In this document: positions 13,001 through 25,789 of the stretch, piece after piece
How the letters are laid out: each line of letters starts with the position of its first letter
Numbering within the stretch: position 1 is the first letter of the stretch
NCBI GenBank assembly: GCA_002269645.1
Contig: NIVC01000250.1
Coordinates: 124,001 to 188,000 of the forward strand
DNA from: Macrostomum lignano
Lineage: Eukaryota
Reading direction: 5' to 3'
Length of the DNA stretch: 64,000 bases
Program-made: the position numbers and the translations under genes
Notes under the pieces: model-generated
What the model was told of the DNA's origin: nothing
What the model saw: the letters and a program-made list of their open reading frames with translations, nothing else
The model's database searches: none

Positions 13001-16000
13001 GGGGCAATAATGAATCATATAAGTTGGCATATATACTATTGAAATTCAATAAAGGCCAGCTCAAACGGGAAAAATGGAGCCGACAAAAAAGCAGAAGATA
13101 AAAAAGCAGCACGAGCAGTTTTCAAAGAGACACTCTGATAAGACCAGGTTACGAAAACCCCCAATGTTAGACTATGGAGCTGCGACAGCCCAAGTAGATA
13201 CGCCATAAACTCTGTTAACACGGCCTGTTTATTAGTCACCCCTGTCTGGCGTGAAGTTTGCTGGCAGTCAAGTTTAACCGCACTTATGAATTGACTTGGG
13301 CATTATTTCAGCAAATCTTCTACAGGTTGAAGTAAGCTTAGTAAGGTTAATGTAGCTTAGTTATTTCTGGAGTAATTTCACCATTACCTGTTGAACTATC
13401 ATAGACACTTGCTGCACTACGAGTACTATGGACACCTGTTCAACTACCATGGACACCTGTTAAACTACCATGGACACCTGTTGAACTACGATAGACACCT
13501 GTTGAACTACGATGGACACCTGTTGAACTACCATGGACACCTGTTGAACTACCATGGACACCTGTTGAACTACGATAGACACCTGTTGAACTACCATGGA
13601 CACCTGTTGAACTACGATAGACACCTGTTGAACTACCATGGACACCTGTTGAACTACGATAGACACCTGTTGAACTACCATGGACACCTGTTGAACTACC
13701 ATGGACACCTGTTGAACTACCATGGACACCTGTTGAACTACCATGGACACCTGTTGAACTACCATGGACACCTGTTGTACTATCATGAACACTTGCTGCA
13801 CTATAGTGGACACCTGTTGCACTACATGTACCATGGGCTCTTATTTCACAACCACGGACACCTGTTGCACTACAATGGAACACCTATACCATCATCATGG
13901 ACACCTATTCCATCATCATGGACACCTATACCATCATCATGGACACCTATACCATCATCATGGACACCTATTCCATCATCATGGACACCTATACCATCAT
14001 CATGGACACCTATACCATCATCATGGACACCTATACCATCATCATGGACACCTATTCCATCATCATGGACACCTATACCATCATCATGGACACCTATTCC
14101 AGCATCATGGACACCTATTCCAGCATCATGGACACCTATTCCATCATCATGGACACCTATTCCAACACCATGGACACCTATTCCATCATCATGGACACCT
14201 ATTCCATCATCATGGACACCTATTCCAGCATCATGGGCACCTATTCCAGCATCATGGACACCTATTCCATCATCATGGACACCTATTCCATCATCATGGA
14301 CACCTATACCATCATCATGGACACCTATACCATCATCATGGACACCTATACCATCATCATGGACACCTATTCCAGCATCATGGACACCTATTCCAGCATC
14401 ATGGACACCTATTCCATCATCATGGACACCTATTCCAACACCATGGACACCTATTCCATCATCATGGACACCTATTCCATCATCATGGACACCTATTCCA
14501 GCATCATGGGCACCTATTCCAGCATCATGGACACCTATTCCATCATCATGGACACCTATTCCATCATCATGGACACCTATACCATCATCATGGACACCTA
14601 TACCATCATCATGGACACCTATACCATCATCATGGACACCTATTCTATCATCATGGACACCTATACCATCATCATGGACACCTATACCATCATCATGGAC
14701 ACCTATACCATCATCATGGACACCTATTCCATCATCATGGACACCTATACCATCATCATGGACACCTATTCCATCATCATGGACACCTATACCATCATCA
14801 TGGACACCTATTCCAGCATCATGGACACCTATTCCAGCATCATGGACACCTATTCCATCATCATGGACACCTATTCCAACACCATGGACACCTATTCCAT
14901 CATCATGGACACCTATTCCACCATCATGGACACCTATTCCAGCATCATGGACACCTATTCCATCATCATGGACACCTATTCCAACACCATGGACACCTAT
15001 TCCATCATCATGGACACCTATTCCATCATCATGGACACCTATTCCAGCATCATGGACACCAATTCCAGCATCATGGACACCTATTCCAGCATCATGGACA
15101 CCTATTCTATCATCATGGACACTTATTCTATCATCATGGACACCTATCCCAGCATCATGGACACCTATCCAGCATCATGGACACCTATTCCAACACCATG
15201 GACACCAATTCCATTATCATGGACACCGATCCCAGCATCATGGACACCTATTCCAACACCATGGACCTCTATTCCAGCATCATGGACACCTATTCCATTA
15301 ACATAGACACCTATTTTACGCTACAAACCCCAATACAAAAATGGAATGCCGCACTAAAAGTCGCACCTGAGTAGTGAAATTTCTTTCCCTTAACTCGTCG
15401 TTCTTGGTCCGCAGGGCGACCATCTCGCTCTCCAGATTGGAGCTGCCAGCGGCCTCAGAGGCTTCTAGCGAGGCGATGCGAGAGTCCCTGTCCGCCAGCG
15501 CCTGCTGCAGGCCTTCCACCTCTTTGTCCAGGCTGCTCAAGCGTTGAAGCGACTCGGCCAGACGGTTTTCTACTTCGCGAGATTCTCGCTGCTCCTTGGC
15601 GAGCTGCTGACGGGCGGAATCGAGCTCGGACTGTCGAATGCTCAGCTCCGAGTCTGAGGCCTGCGTTTTATGAGATGAGGAGGGGTGTTGGACGGAGACT
15701 GTCAGGTTGTATCAACCAGCATTGGGAACCCATATCAACCAGGTTGGGAACCCATATGAACCAGCATTGGGAACTCATATCGACCAGCATTGGGAACCCA
15801 TATCAACCAGGATGGGAATCCATATCAACCAGCATGGGAACCCATATCAACCAGCATGGGAACCCATATCAACCAGCATGGGAACCCATATGAACCAGCA
15901 TTGGGAACCCACATCAACCAGGTTGGGAACCCATATCAACCAGCATGGGAACCCATATCAACCAGCATGGGAACCCATATCAACCAGCATGGGAACCCAT

Positions 16001-18749
16001 ATCAACCAGCATGGGAACCCATATCAACCAGGATGGGAACCCATATCAACCAGGATGGGAACCCATATCAACCAGGATGGGAACCCATATCAACCAGGAT
16101 GGGAACCCATATGAGACTCGCCTCGCATCGGCGGCGCAGCTCATCCACCAGCTGATTGGCCTCAGCGGCGGGGTCGCCAGCGGAGCCACGCTGGGCGCTG
16201 GCAGACTGCAGCTCCGCCTGCAGCTGATCGATCCGCCGCTGCAACTCGTCGCAGGCGCTCCTGGCTGACCGGCGCTCCGCCTCGACGCTGGCCTCCGCCT
16301 CCGACCGGATGCGGCGCACGTCGCCATCGACTCCGGCCAGACGGGCCTCGGATTTCTTTAGCGCCTCGGCTAAGCGCTGGCGCTCCAATTCTAGGGATTT
16401 GTTCTCGGAGATCTTCTTAGTGAACTCCTGCTGCATGAGGGTGTAGGCCGTGGCCTGCGACTGGCCGCGCATGATCTCCGCTTGGGCAGCCTGGATTCGG
16501 GAGTTAAAATATTAATAAATAACTGCAGAGGTTTCAATAGTTTACAGCTTTACATATGTCATGCAAAACTCTAGGTAGGTCATCAGAACGTCAGGTGAGT
16601 CATGAAGACTCCAGATATAAGGCTTCCAGGGAAGTCATTAAGATTTCAGGTGAGTCTTGAAGACAGGTGAATCATGAAGACTCCAGACGAGGTCATGAAT
16701 ACTGCAAGTGGGACATGAAGACTTCGGGTTAGTCATTGAGACTTCAGGTGAGTCATAAAGACACCAGGAGAGTCATAGACTTCAGGAGAGTCATAAAGAC
16801 ACAAGTGAGTCATAGAGACTTCAGGTGAGTCATAAAGACTTCAGGTGAGTCATAAAGACACAAGTGAGTCATAAAGACTCCAGGTGAGGTCATAAAGACT
16901 CCAGGTGAGGTCATAAAGACTCCAGGTGAGGTCATAAAGACTCCAGGTGAGGTCATAAAGACTCCAGGTGAGGTCATAAAGACTCCAGGTGAGGTCATAA
17001 AGACTTCAGGTGAGTTCATGAAGACCAGCAGTCAAGACCGCATCATGACCCCAACTAACCTGCAGCTGGGCCTGTACATCCTGCAAGTGTTTAACAGCTG
17101 CCGCGGTCTCCTGCGAGGCCCTTTGCCTATCCGCCGCGGCCATGGCCAGCTGCTCCCTGCCAGAAGCCGTCTGCCGATCCAGCTGGGCGCGCAGGGCCTC
17201 AGCCTCGGAGCGCAGGGCTGCCGCGGTGCCCGGCGCGACGCCGCCAAGACCTTCAATGAGAGCCTCAATGCGGCAGCCGGTGGCGGCCTGGATTCGACGA
17301 AGCAGGCGCTGAGTTGGCGACGCCGGCCGACCGTCGGAGAGGAACTCGTCGTCTTCGCTATCGCCGTTGACGCCACCACTGCCGCCGCCGCTGCCGCTCT
17401 TTCTGCCGGCGGCTTTCTGCGCCGATGTCGGCCCAGTCTTTGATGTTGGCGGCGCAGCAGCTGTCGGCTTAACGAAGGCCCTGGCCACCTCGGCGTCAGT
17501 GGCATCGGCGAAGGAGACGGCGGATTCGGCGGGCGGCTGCTGCGGCAGCAGATCGGTGGCCAATGGATGCTGCTGTTGCTTGCCCTTCTGGGCCGCCTTC
17601 TGCTGCCTGGACTTCTTGCCGGCAGTCTGACCGCCACTGCCACCTGTTAAAATTATAGTTGTATTAATTAAACTTCTACGACTAAATATCAGCTGACAAG
17701 TCCTCACGGTCGATTTCAACTATTATGAGCCATGGCATCTCAGCAACTCCACTATTATGAGCCATGGCATCTCAGAAACTCCACTATTATGAGCCATGGC
17801 ATCTCAGAAATTCCACTATTATGAGCCATGGCATCTCAGCAACTCCACTATTATGAGCCATGGCATCTCAGAAACTCCACTATTATGAGCCATGGCATCT
17901 CAGAAACTCCACTATTATGAGCCATGGCATCTCAGAAACTCCACTATTATGAGCCATGGCATCTCAGAAACTCCACTATTATGAGCCATGGCATCTCAGA
18001 AACTCAACTATTATGAGCCATGGCATCTCAGAAACTCCACTATTATGAGCCATGGCATCTCAGGCTGAGATTCTCAGCAACAGGTATAATTTATGATTTA
18101 ATCACGTACCTGACGTAGCAGCGGCAGAGGCAGCCACCGCGGCAGCGTCGGTTTCAGCGACATCGACAGACGATCGGCGGCGCAAATCGACATCGTCAAT
18201 GACTGGCTTCAAATGCGGATAGACGATGGTCTCGTCAACGACTGGCGAGTGCTCATCTTTGTTGAGCAGAATCGGCTTGGGCGCGGCACCCGGCTGCTGC
18301 TGGGCCTTGCCGCCGCTCTGCCTGGACGGCTTGCGCTGCCGGACCTCCGCCTGCGGCTGCTGCTGGGCACCGCCGGCGTCCGACACTTCCGACACTTCGA
18401 TAATCTCGGGGTCCAACTCCAGTTCGACCATCTTAACGCCGCGCTCAGTTGAATGCGACTCGACACCGCCAGTTGAAGAGGCAGCAGCGGTGGCAGCGGC
18501 AGCAGCTGCTTTCTTCTGCTTAGCGGCCGCCTTCTTGGCCGCCTTCTTTGACTCCTTGGCGCCGCCGCCTCCAGCAGTGCTGGACGACTGGCCGTGATGC
18601 TGGTGACTGGCCAGCGATGACGGATGCTGGCCAAGCTGTTTATCAATCTGACGGCCGTCGGCTTGGATGCTGCGAAATACGGCGAACATTGCCAGGCCAA
18701 CGACAATGGTGAAGACCAAACCGAACAGTGCCAATTCGAGTCCCGTCAT
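10025..18749 (-). CDS. Kinectin / ribosome-binding protein 1 (p180)-like ER membrane coiled-coil protein, 944 aa; exons 18749-18110, 17643-17060, 16490-16122, 15660-15367, 12895-12227, 11410-11339, 11254-11180, 10156-10025
   Basis: N-terminal hydrophobic anchor (LELALFGLVFTIVVGLAMFAVF), then a Lys/Ala-rich segment (KKAAKKAAAKQKK), then a long E/A/R/Q-rich coiled coil. Exon lengths sum to 2835 nt (945 codons) with consistent phases. The family call rests on architecture only. The last-exon acceptor (10157-10158) is the least certain junction. Confidence 0.8.
10205..11092 (+). repeat. 33/34-bp (some 41-bp) minisatellite (GAGACCCCTGTCWCCTGCCCTGATCACTGACTGT)n in last intron of the RRBP1-like gene
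   Basis: About 25 tandem units read directly. Confidence 0.96.
11460..12190 (+). repeat. 23-bp minisatellite (GAGTGCTCAATCTCAGGACCAAA)n, intronic
   Basis: About 30 units, with GAGCATGGA and GACCGAAGA variants. Confidence 0.95.
12465..12712 (-). repeat. Exonic 42-bp repeat encoding (A/D)KEEAARAQAELNG x6
   Basis: In-frame repeat inside exon 12895-12227 of the RRBP1-like gene. Confidence 0.93.
13390..15315 (+). repeat. 21-bp minisatellite in two phases: (GGACACCTGTTGAACTACCAT)n then (GGACACCTATTCCATCATCAT)n, intronic
   Basis: About 90 units sharing the GGACACCT core, switching subtype at ~13780-13880. A 273-bp (13-unit) higher-order duplication is visible at 14161 vs 14434. Confidence 0.96.
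15705..16112 (+). repeat. 22-bp minisatellite (GGGAACCCATATCAACCAGCAT)n in the GC-AG intron
   Basis: About 18 tandem units. Confidence 0.95.
16560..17030 (+). repeat. 21-bp minisatellite (GGTGAGGTCATAAAGACTCCA)n, intronic
   Basis: Homogeneous units at 16870-17010, decaying leftwards. Confidence 0.92.
17719..18062 (+). repeat. 32-bp minisatellite (ACTATTATGAGCCATGGCATCTCAGAAACTCC) x~11, intronic
   Basis: Contiguous 32-nt units with no spacers. Confidence 0.96.
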
Positions 18750-20138
18750 GCCTGCGCACTGGGTGCATGAAGTGTTTTTTTAAAGATTGAAAATGGCTAT
18801 GGAATAATGTGGCAACTGCACAATGGCGACAACAAAAATTAATTTGTTAGTAAGCTCCTAGGCCTACCATCTATTCTTGTAGGTTCCAGTTTTGAATTTT
18901 GAACTATTAGAGAAATAAGAATTAAAACAAAATAATCGAAAAATGGTAGCATAAATTAATAATAGGTGAAAAAACTTAAATAATTACAATGAATTTTGTT
19001 TGGTATAATAATTGACCATGGCTAAAGTATACTAAAACAGATATGATAAACTATGTACCTACAGTAGCTATAATTTTATTGCCATTGCATAAAACTTGTT
19101 TATAAATATTTATTGCCCTCTCTAGTTTCATTAGAAAGAGCCTAGATTCATATGTATCTCCCATTTGCCTGCTTGGTTAGTCTATGTTTTAATGCAATAT
19201 ATTTATCTGCCCCAGGTGATAAACATGTTTATTTCCCCCTGGCTAGGGGGGGGGCAAATAAACAATTATATATATTTGGTCATAGACAAAATCAAAACTT
19301 ACCACAAATTACACAGATTGAACAAGTAAAAGTAACAAAACAATTATGTGAATTTGTTAATAATAAGTTAATAATAAGTAACTATTGATTTGACAAATGA
19401 TAGTAAATCCTAATTCTAGGATTATTACTTGAAACCAATAACTACACTGTTAGTCTCATTGTTGACATCAATCTGCATCCTCTTTCTAGTAGGAATATCT
19501 AGTAGTTAAAATTGTTCTTTCTGAATTCCTCCATCTCCTTCAATACCATTAATGATGGTCCACTGGTGATGTAGCCCATTGGTTCTTCTTGAATTGATGC
19601 CATTCACAAAATATAGCGATCATCTACTCACACTTTCTTATTGTGTTTGGTAGAAGAGTACTTTGAATCAAGGTATCTATTTCAATATCCCTCAGACTTT
19701 CAAACTGTTTGCTAGTTATGTTATGAAAATCTATATGCTTATAATTATTTGCTTGCTTGCTTGCTTTTACTTATTTTATTTTCTTAGTGAATATATAATT
19801 TTAGCCTGTACCTTGTTTAAATGCTTAGCCATAGACTATAGCTTTGACTTGATTTAAGTTTAACAAATATTGAAGTACTTTTTTAATTATACTTTTGCAC
19901 TCTTTAGCCATATAATGGAAGATACATACCATATTTCCTATTTATCTAACTATATGCATAATGTGACTTTTTGTGATTGCATTTATTTTCTCAAAATATC
20001 ATTTTATTAATAAGTGTATACTTTCTAGTATTAATTTATTAATTTAGTCTATGTCTAAAATTTTAGAAATTAAATTAGCCATTGACTCTATTCTTTCTTT
20101 TTTTATTTTGGTTTTGCTTATTGACTAAGATATATAAT

Positions 20139-20366
20139 CTGGGTTTTTTTGTGCGAATGGGTGCGAATAGCATCCTGGTCTTAAAAATCGCACCCAGAAA
20201 TTTGACTTAGGGTGCGAAAAGCACACCCAAATTTTTGCAAGGATGTGATGCGGGTTTTACAATTTAGTGTTTTATTGTTATGGACATCTTAAGTCTTGAA
20301 AATCGCACCCTGAAATCTTGCACAGGGTGCAAAATTGCACCCAAGTTATGGACGAAAAAAACCCAG
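20139..20366. mobile_element. 228-bp MITE, 12-bp TIR CTGGGTTTTTTT/AAAAAAACCCAG, 8-bp TSD TATATAAT
   Basis: TSD at 20131-20138 and 20367-20374. Internal repeated GGGTGCRAA/TCGCACCC motifs. Superfamily unassigned; an 8-bp TSD fits hAT or P-type elements. Confidence 0.8.
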
Positions 20367-20705
20367 TATATAATATTTGATTAACTTGATTAGCTATACT
20401 AGTGGCTAGTGCATTTAAAAGCCAATAAAAATTCTAACACATAAAAGGTCCTTGATATACTTGGTATGCAATCATACTATATTATATATTGACATTTTTA
20501 TTTCTTTATATAAATTATTGAAAATTTGATGTAATGAAATATAGTTATTATCTCTAATTTCTACTTTTAAATATTTCATTTTTATATTTAAACAAACTAT
20601 TTCTGTATTTATTAATCTTCTTTTGCATTTTTATCTTTAAATATTTATCTTTTCTTTACATCATTAGAATTCATAATAATAAGACAAATTGTAAACAACT
20701 ATCTT

Positions 20706-21092
20706 TGTTATTATTAGTGTTTTAGTGTTTTTATTAGAGGCAGGGGGGTTGTGTGCACCCTGGCACACTTTAAGCGACATAGGCACACAACCGGCGAGAG
20801 GCATTACTGTCCATTCCACCAACTCCCCTGAGCAGGCATACAAGCGCGCGGATACGTACGCAGGCACACACTCACACAGGAGTGTACAGCGGCCCTAACT
20901 TTATATTATCATTAAGCATGTACACTTCACTGCACCTTGGGGGGTTGGCTCTCAAGGCTGTTAATTGCACGAGCAGAGCCAAGCTAAGATTCCAATTCAG
21001 CCCCAAATTAATGTGACTGCACTTGGAATCGAGCCTGGGTCGCTGGCACACCAGAGCAGCGTGCATGCGCTACCGCTGGGCTACGGCCCCCC
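20706..21092 (-). mobile_element. tRNA-derived SINE, full-length copy
   Basis: Minus-strand head GGGGCCGTAGCCCAGCGGTAGC (A box) and GGCTCGATTCC (B box), A-rich tail with AATAAA. The body is shared with copies at 25249, 28051 and 37580. Confidence 0.85.
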
Positions 21093-21213
21093 TAATGTTG
21101 TACCATTTGCGGAAGGCTTTTCTCTATTGCTTTCAAGAGGTTAGAACATGATGGACCATAGAACGGCAAGACCAAGGACCACTAGAAGAAGAAGGATAGG
21201 ACACTTTGTTTCT

Positions 21214-21272
21214 TGGGTCGCTGGGTCGCTGGCACACCAGAGCAGCTGCGCTACCGCTGGGCTATGGCCCCC
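21214..21272 (-). mobile_element. Second, partial SINE head (tRNA-like portion only)
   Basis: GGTCGCTGGCACACCAGAGCAGCTGCGCTACCGCTGGGCTATGGCCCC matches the SINE head. Confidence 0.8.
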
Positions 21273-23194
21273 TTACTATCTTATCTATCTATTTCATTGG
21301 AATCATTGTCATAGGGCCTAAGTTTTGGCAGTTGCTATTGTTACTATGACCATATAAATAGCAAAATGGTTATTTTTATAGTCAATACATAAAAAAACAA
21401 ATATTATCTAAATTTAGCAAGTAACATGGAATGCAAATAATAATAAATGCTTTTGAATTTTAGAAGAATTATATAATAGGCCTATGCTTTTAATACTTTA
21501 ATAAAGGCCCTTAATGGTAATTTAATTTTCTAATAGGCCTAGTTCTTGCCCTCAACATTAACTAAACTTACTCAATGTAATTGTTAACTATTAATGTACA
21601 CAAAATTTCTTCCTATGACTATAAAAATAGCTATTGGCATTCTGCTTCTTACATATATAGACTACAGTCATTGACTATTAAGGCCATTCCATATAATTAT
21701 GGTCGTAACATGACAGACTGTTTTACTTATAAAATGAAATCTAATAATAGAATATACTAAACCAATATTTTGAATGAAAGATTATTTTGTCAAGAATATA
21801 TGTTCATAAAGTTTCATATAGATATCATCATTAGTATAGATGCTATTAAACCTTGAATAGCACTTATGGTCGTAACAACAAGATTTTTGACATTAAGAAA
21901 CTAAAAGGTAAAAGTCTTATAACATTTTTCATTTTTCATATTTTGCAATATTTAAAAAAAAAAACTAAGAACATCTTTAAAAATCATACTCTTTTATTAG
22001 AATATATAAACTCAAAAAGGCAACAAAGATACAAAATAAAAGGCAGCCTTATGGTTGTAACATTATGGTCATAACATATTTTTTCTGTCAATTCAATAAC
22101 TTTGAAGTACTAATATATTAAAAATATAATAGATTATAATTTATATAGTTGCTAATGTTTTTATTTGATGATGCAAGTATTATAATTTTATATAGTTTGT
22201 TTTAACCTTTCAAAACTTTCTATTTGTTTTTAAAAGGTACATAAACTTATAATGATGTCTTTTGCTTAGAAAATGTCTATTTTTTTACAAAAATAAATTA
22301 ATGCCAATTGATAACTAACACACTACTAGGCCTAATCCAACATTTTACCATTTATTTATTCTTAGATTGTATAAATTATATACAAAAAATATTTGATAAA
22401 AAAAATTGGCTGATAAGGCAATGACAAGCAAAAATATTGACTTTTTCTATTTTCCAAATATGTCCATCTTATATGGAATGGGCCATTAGACAATTGCATT
22501 GCAATTATACAGTAGTACATTTTCCAAATTTGGTAAACATTTTCCATGTTTTTTCCTGGTAGGCATTTTATGAGGACCATCTATGTTTATGTACCTGAAT
22601 ATTCTAGGACAAATTAAAAACGATCTGCATAAAACCAAAATATTAATAATATGATAGGTAGGCCTAGGGCCTAGTTAGTTTGATATCTTTTCTAAATATA
22701 TATTAATCTTTTGACAGACTTTTTGAAATATACAAAACATAAATCTTAACAAAAGAACTAGAAGTTTTTTCAACTAGTTCAAAGAACTAGTTGAAGGATG
22801 AGATAACGAAAAATATCACAGGGCCGCCGCGCCGCCTGCCTGCCTGCCTGCCAATCGCACAGATCAACTTTCTTCGGCGACGCAATTCGAAAAGTTAAGT
22901 TAGACCGATTTAGGAAAATAAAAAGTAAAACAACTATCTATATTTAATTGTCATGGTTTTAGAGGATACCACGTTAGTATTTTTTCGAATTATTAAAACT
23001 GCTATCAGACTGCTATCATTATCAAATGCCTAGCTATTTTTCAATAAATTTAACTAGAGACTGGCAATCAATAAAAACAAAGTTCCGGCACATTATATTG
23101 TAAAAAATTATGACTATGTTAAAATAATTCCAATACCTCATTGAATTAAATTTTCAAAATAATTTTCGATAATTTCAATTCAATTTTCACCAAT

Positions 23195-24060
23195 TGTCAA
23201 TACGTGCGCAAGATCTGCACGACACTTACAATCAATCCCTGCAATCATCACAATTTCAGTCGCTTGGGGCGTTATGCACTTGTTTTTTGTGCTTCTACCC
23301 ATTGTCTGGGGCGGCCTCCCCGGTTGACCAGTTCTGGCTGGTTTGGGGTGGCATGCTCCGGCCCTTTGTTTGAACCTCGCCCTCCCCCCTGATCCCCTCG
23401 CGGCCTGATTGGTCGTTCTTCGGCTGTGTTAGCTGCTGCGCTGGGCAGCTCCGATTGGCTGGGCGAGGCTTTCCTCTCTGTTACTACTCACCCCTTTTCA
23501 GCTCTGCCTCTAAGCCGGTTTTGTGGTACATGTAATGCGTCTCACTTTACATGTACCCTAGAGAAGGCTCATCTTTTTCCTTTCTGCGCGGTTGTATTCC
23601 AAACTAAATTTAGACGAAGCGCGGAGAAAGCTAGACAGAGATTAGAGAATATATTCAGATATAGACCTTGCAAAGCTAGAGATTAGAGATCCAGCAGCCA
23701 AATATAAAAGCATGCAAGCTCGACCCGATCGTTTCGACTGATTGACCACTGGTAAGCGCTGTTTGTTGTATGCACACACTGTGACCAGGCCGAGTAGCAG
23801 TGCGCCCCAACACCAGGCAAGGCAACGACAGTCCAGTGCATCCCAACGCCTGGCCCATGCAGTTTTACTACTCAGTGCGTCCCAACGCCGGAAAGTATCA
23901 GTATCATACAGTTATAGGACCATTAGAGCATAATTGGACTGTGTAGGGCGGCGACCCAACCGAAAACAGTCCACACACCGTGTTTCGGGAAATATTGTTG
24001 TCGAAATCCGACGACCGGAATTTTATGGGATTAAAGGGCCTGTCAACTTAAGCTCATTAA
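23195..24060 (+). other. GC-richer promoter-like segment (ATTGG boxes, TATAAAAG at ~23703); possible solo LTR
   Basis: Composition shifts abruptly from the AT-rich flanks. CTGATTGG and CCGATTGG boxes and a TATA-like motif are present. No TSD found. Confidence 0.3.
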
Positions 24061-25248
24061 GTGGAGCCCGAGTAACCTCCCAGTGAAAAATGATTCATGG
24101 ATTCCACGTGGGTTCCACGTGGCCATGTGGAATTTAAATGTTTCTTTAATTTTTGCAAATTAATGACTTAAAGATGACATAATGGTATGCAAAGTATTTT
24201 TTATGCACTATTTTTTAATTTTTACTGTCCTAATGTTGATGTGGATTTTACAAGGAATTCATGAGAAATAAGCGTATATTGATTCAACATGGAATCCACT
24301 TCGATAAAAAAACTGTGACACACCACATTAAGACGTTTTTATGAAATTACTATAATTAATTATTATATTTATATGCTTTTAAGTAAAAATTAATATCTTA
24401 AAGCTAAATTATAATCAGAAAATAAGATACTGTTTGTTAAAATAGACAAAATAGAAGTGAACAATAAAAAACGTTTCGTGCTTTTTAAAATTAAATTTAT
24501 TTTATTTTATATTCGTCAATGTCTTGGTTCAAGGCCTTGAAAGATAAATTGCCTTGTTTATGGCTATTTAAGCACCTTAAAAATTTTAGTAGACGTAGCC
24601 TATAGGCAATAACTTATAAGGCCATGGCCTCCATGGGATTAGAAATTAGATAAATCAGTATTTCATCATAGATAGGCCTAATACTTTTGGTAAAATCCAT
24701 CCATGATAAATTTATTTAGGCTTATCCAATTTCTAGGAATCCCATGGCCATGTCCATAGATTGGCTACTCATTTTTTAAACTTAAATAGTCCTTTAGAAG
24801 TTCATAATTTCCTCTTAGTCCTACCTATTAGTCTTATCTATTTATGTATGCTTATTAGGCCTATTTTAAGCTAGGCCTAGGCCTATAACTATCAATTTAG
24901 GTCCTTCTATTTTAATTAAGGTTAAGACTAGCTTGACTTTGTGAATTGTGACTAGTCAATCTAGTTAATCTGTTAAAAATCTATTCATTTATGATTTTCT
25001 TCAAAAAAGCCTGTTAGCGTCTTTTAGACTTGTTGCATTTTTAAAAACAATATTATTAATCATTATAAATAATTCTTTGCAATTACACTTGCAACCTGTT
25101 TTTGGCATAGCTAGCCTAGCAGATCCCTAAGGTTGCTATTATAAATAAATAATGATTATTGTAAATTTGATCTGATTTAGGCCAAGTCTAGAATTTAATA
25201 GCTATAGGGCATAGCTTTTAAGATTAGGCCTAATGTTTAATCATACTA

Positions 25249-25611
25249 TTTTTTTTATTAGAGGCAGGGGGTTGTGTGCACCCTGGCACACGTTAAGCGA
25301 CATAGGCATACAACTGGCGAGAGGCATTGCTGCCCATTCCATTAACTCCCTTGAGCAGGCACACAAGCGTGCGGATACGTATGCAGGCACATTTACATAG
25401 TCCGAGTGTACAGTGGCCCTAACTTTATTTATTGTTAGGCATGTATACTTCACTGTGCCTTGGGGGTTGGCTCTCAAGGCCATTAATTGCACAAGCAGAG
25501 AGCCAAGCCAAGATTCCAATTCAGCCCCAAATTAATGTGACTGCACTTAGAATCGAGCCTAGGTCGCTGGCACACCAGAGCAGCTATGCTACCGCTTAGC
25601 TACAGCCCCCC
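25249..25611 (-). mobile_element. tRNA-derived SINE nested in the CACTA-like element
   Basis: Same body as 20706-21092. ~13-bp TSD TTTAATCATA(C/A)TA at 25236-25248 and 25613-25625. Confidence 0.87.
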
Positions 25612-25789
25612 TTTTAATCATAATAGGCCCGCAAATATAAAAAAAACATGCATTGCTTTGCCTAAATACTTTATAGTCTAAAATCAATTTTAAAATAAAA
25701 AATTAAATTTTTAGAAACATATATTAATTTTTTGTACTTATTATTTTAATTTTATTAATTTAATTTTATTGATTGACTTGGGTAGGGTT

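Noticed and set aside
13391-15374. His-rich (HHHGHLY) 536-aa ORF and sister frames, resembling a metal-binding protein
   Set aside because: A 21-bp intronic minisatellite antisense to the host gene, open in all frames, with no unique N- or C-terminal sequence.
17719-18062. 32-bp repeats of CRISPR-like length (also the 28- and 34-bp arrays)
   Set aside because: Units are contiguous with no unique spacers, there are no cas genes, and the context is a eukaryotic intron.
12176-18706. Antisense and alternative-frame ORFs over the GC-rich RRBP1-like exons
   Set aside because: Shadow ORFs expected from GC-rich coding sequence.
19430-19640. Minus-strand fragment ..LKEMEEFRKNNF.. faintly like a BTB-domain start
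   Set aside because: Too short, interrupted by stops, and without supporting splice structure.
21030-21092. tRNA gene (A/B boxes; loosely tRNA-His-like)
   Set aside because: No complete cloverleaf or acceptor stem. It is fused to a conserved body and A-rich tail in several copies with TSDs, so it is a SINE head.
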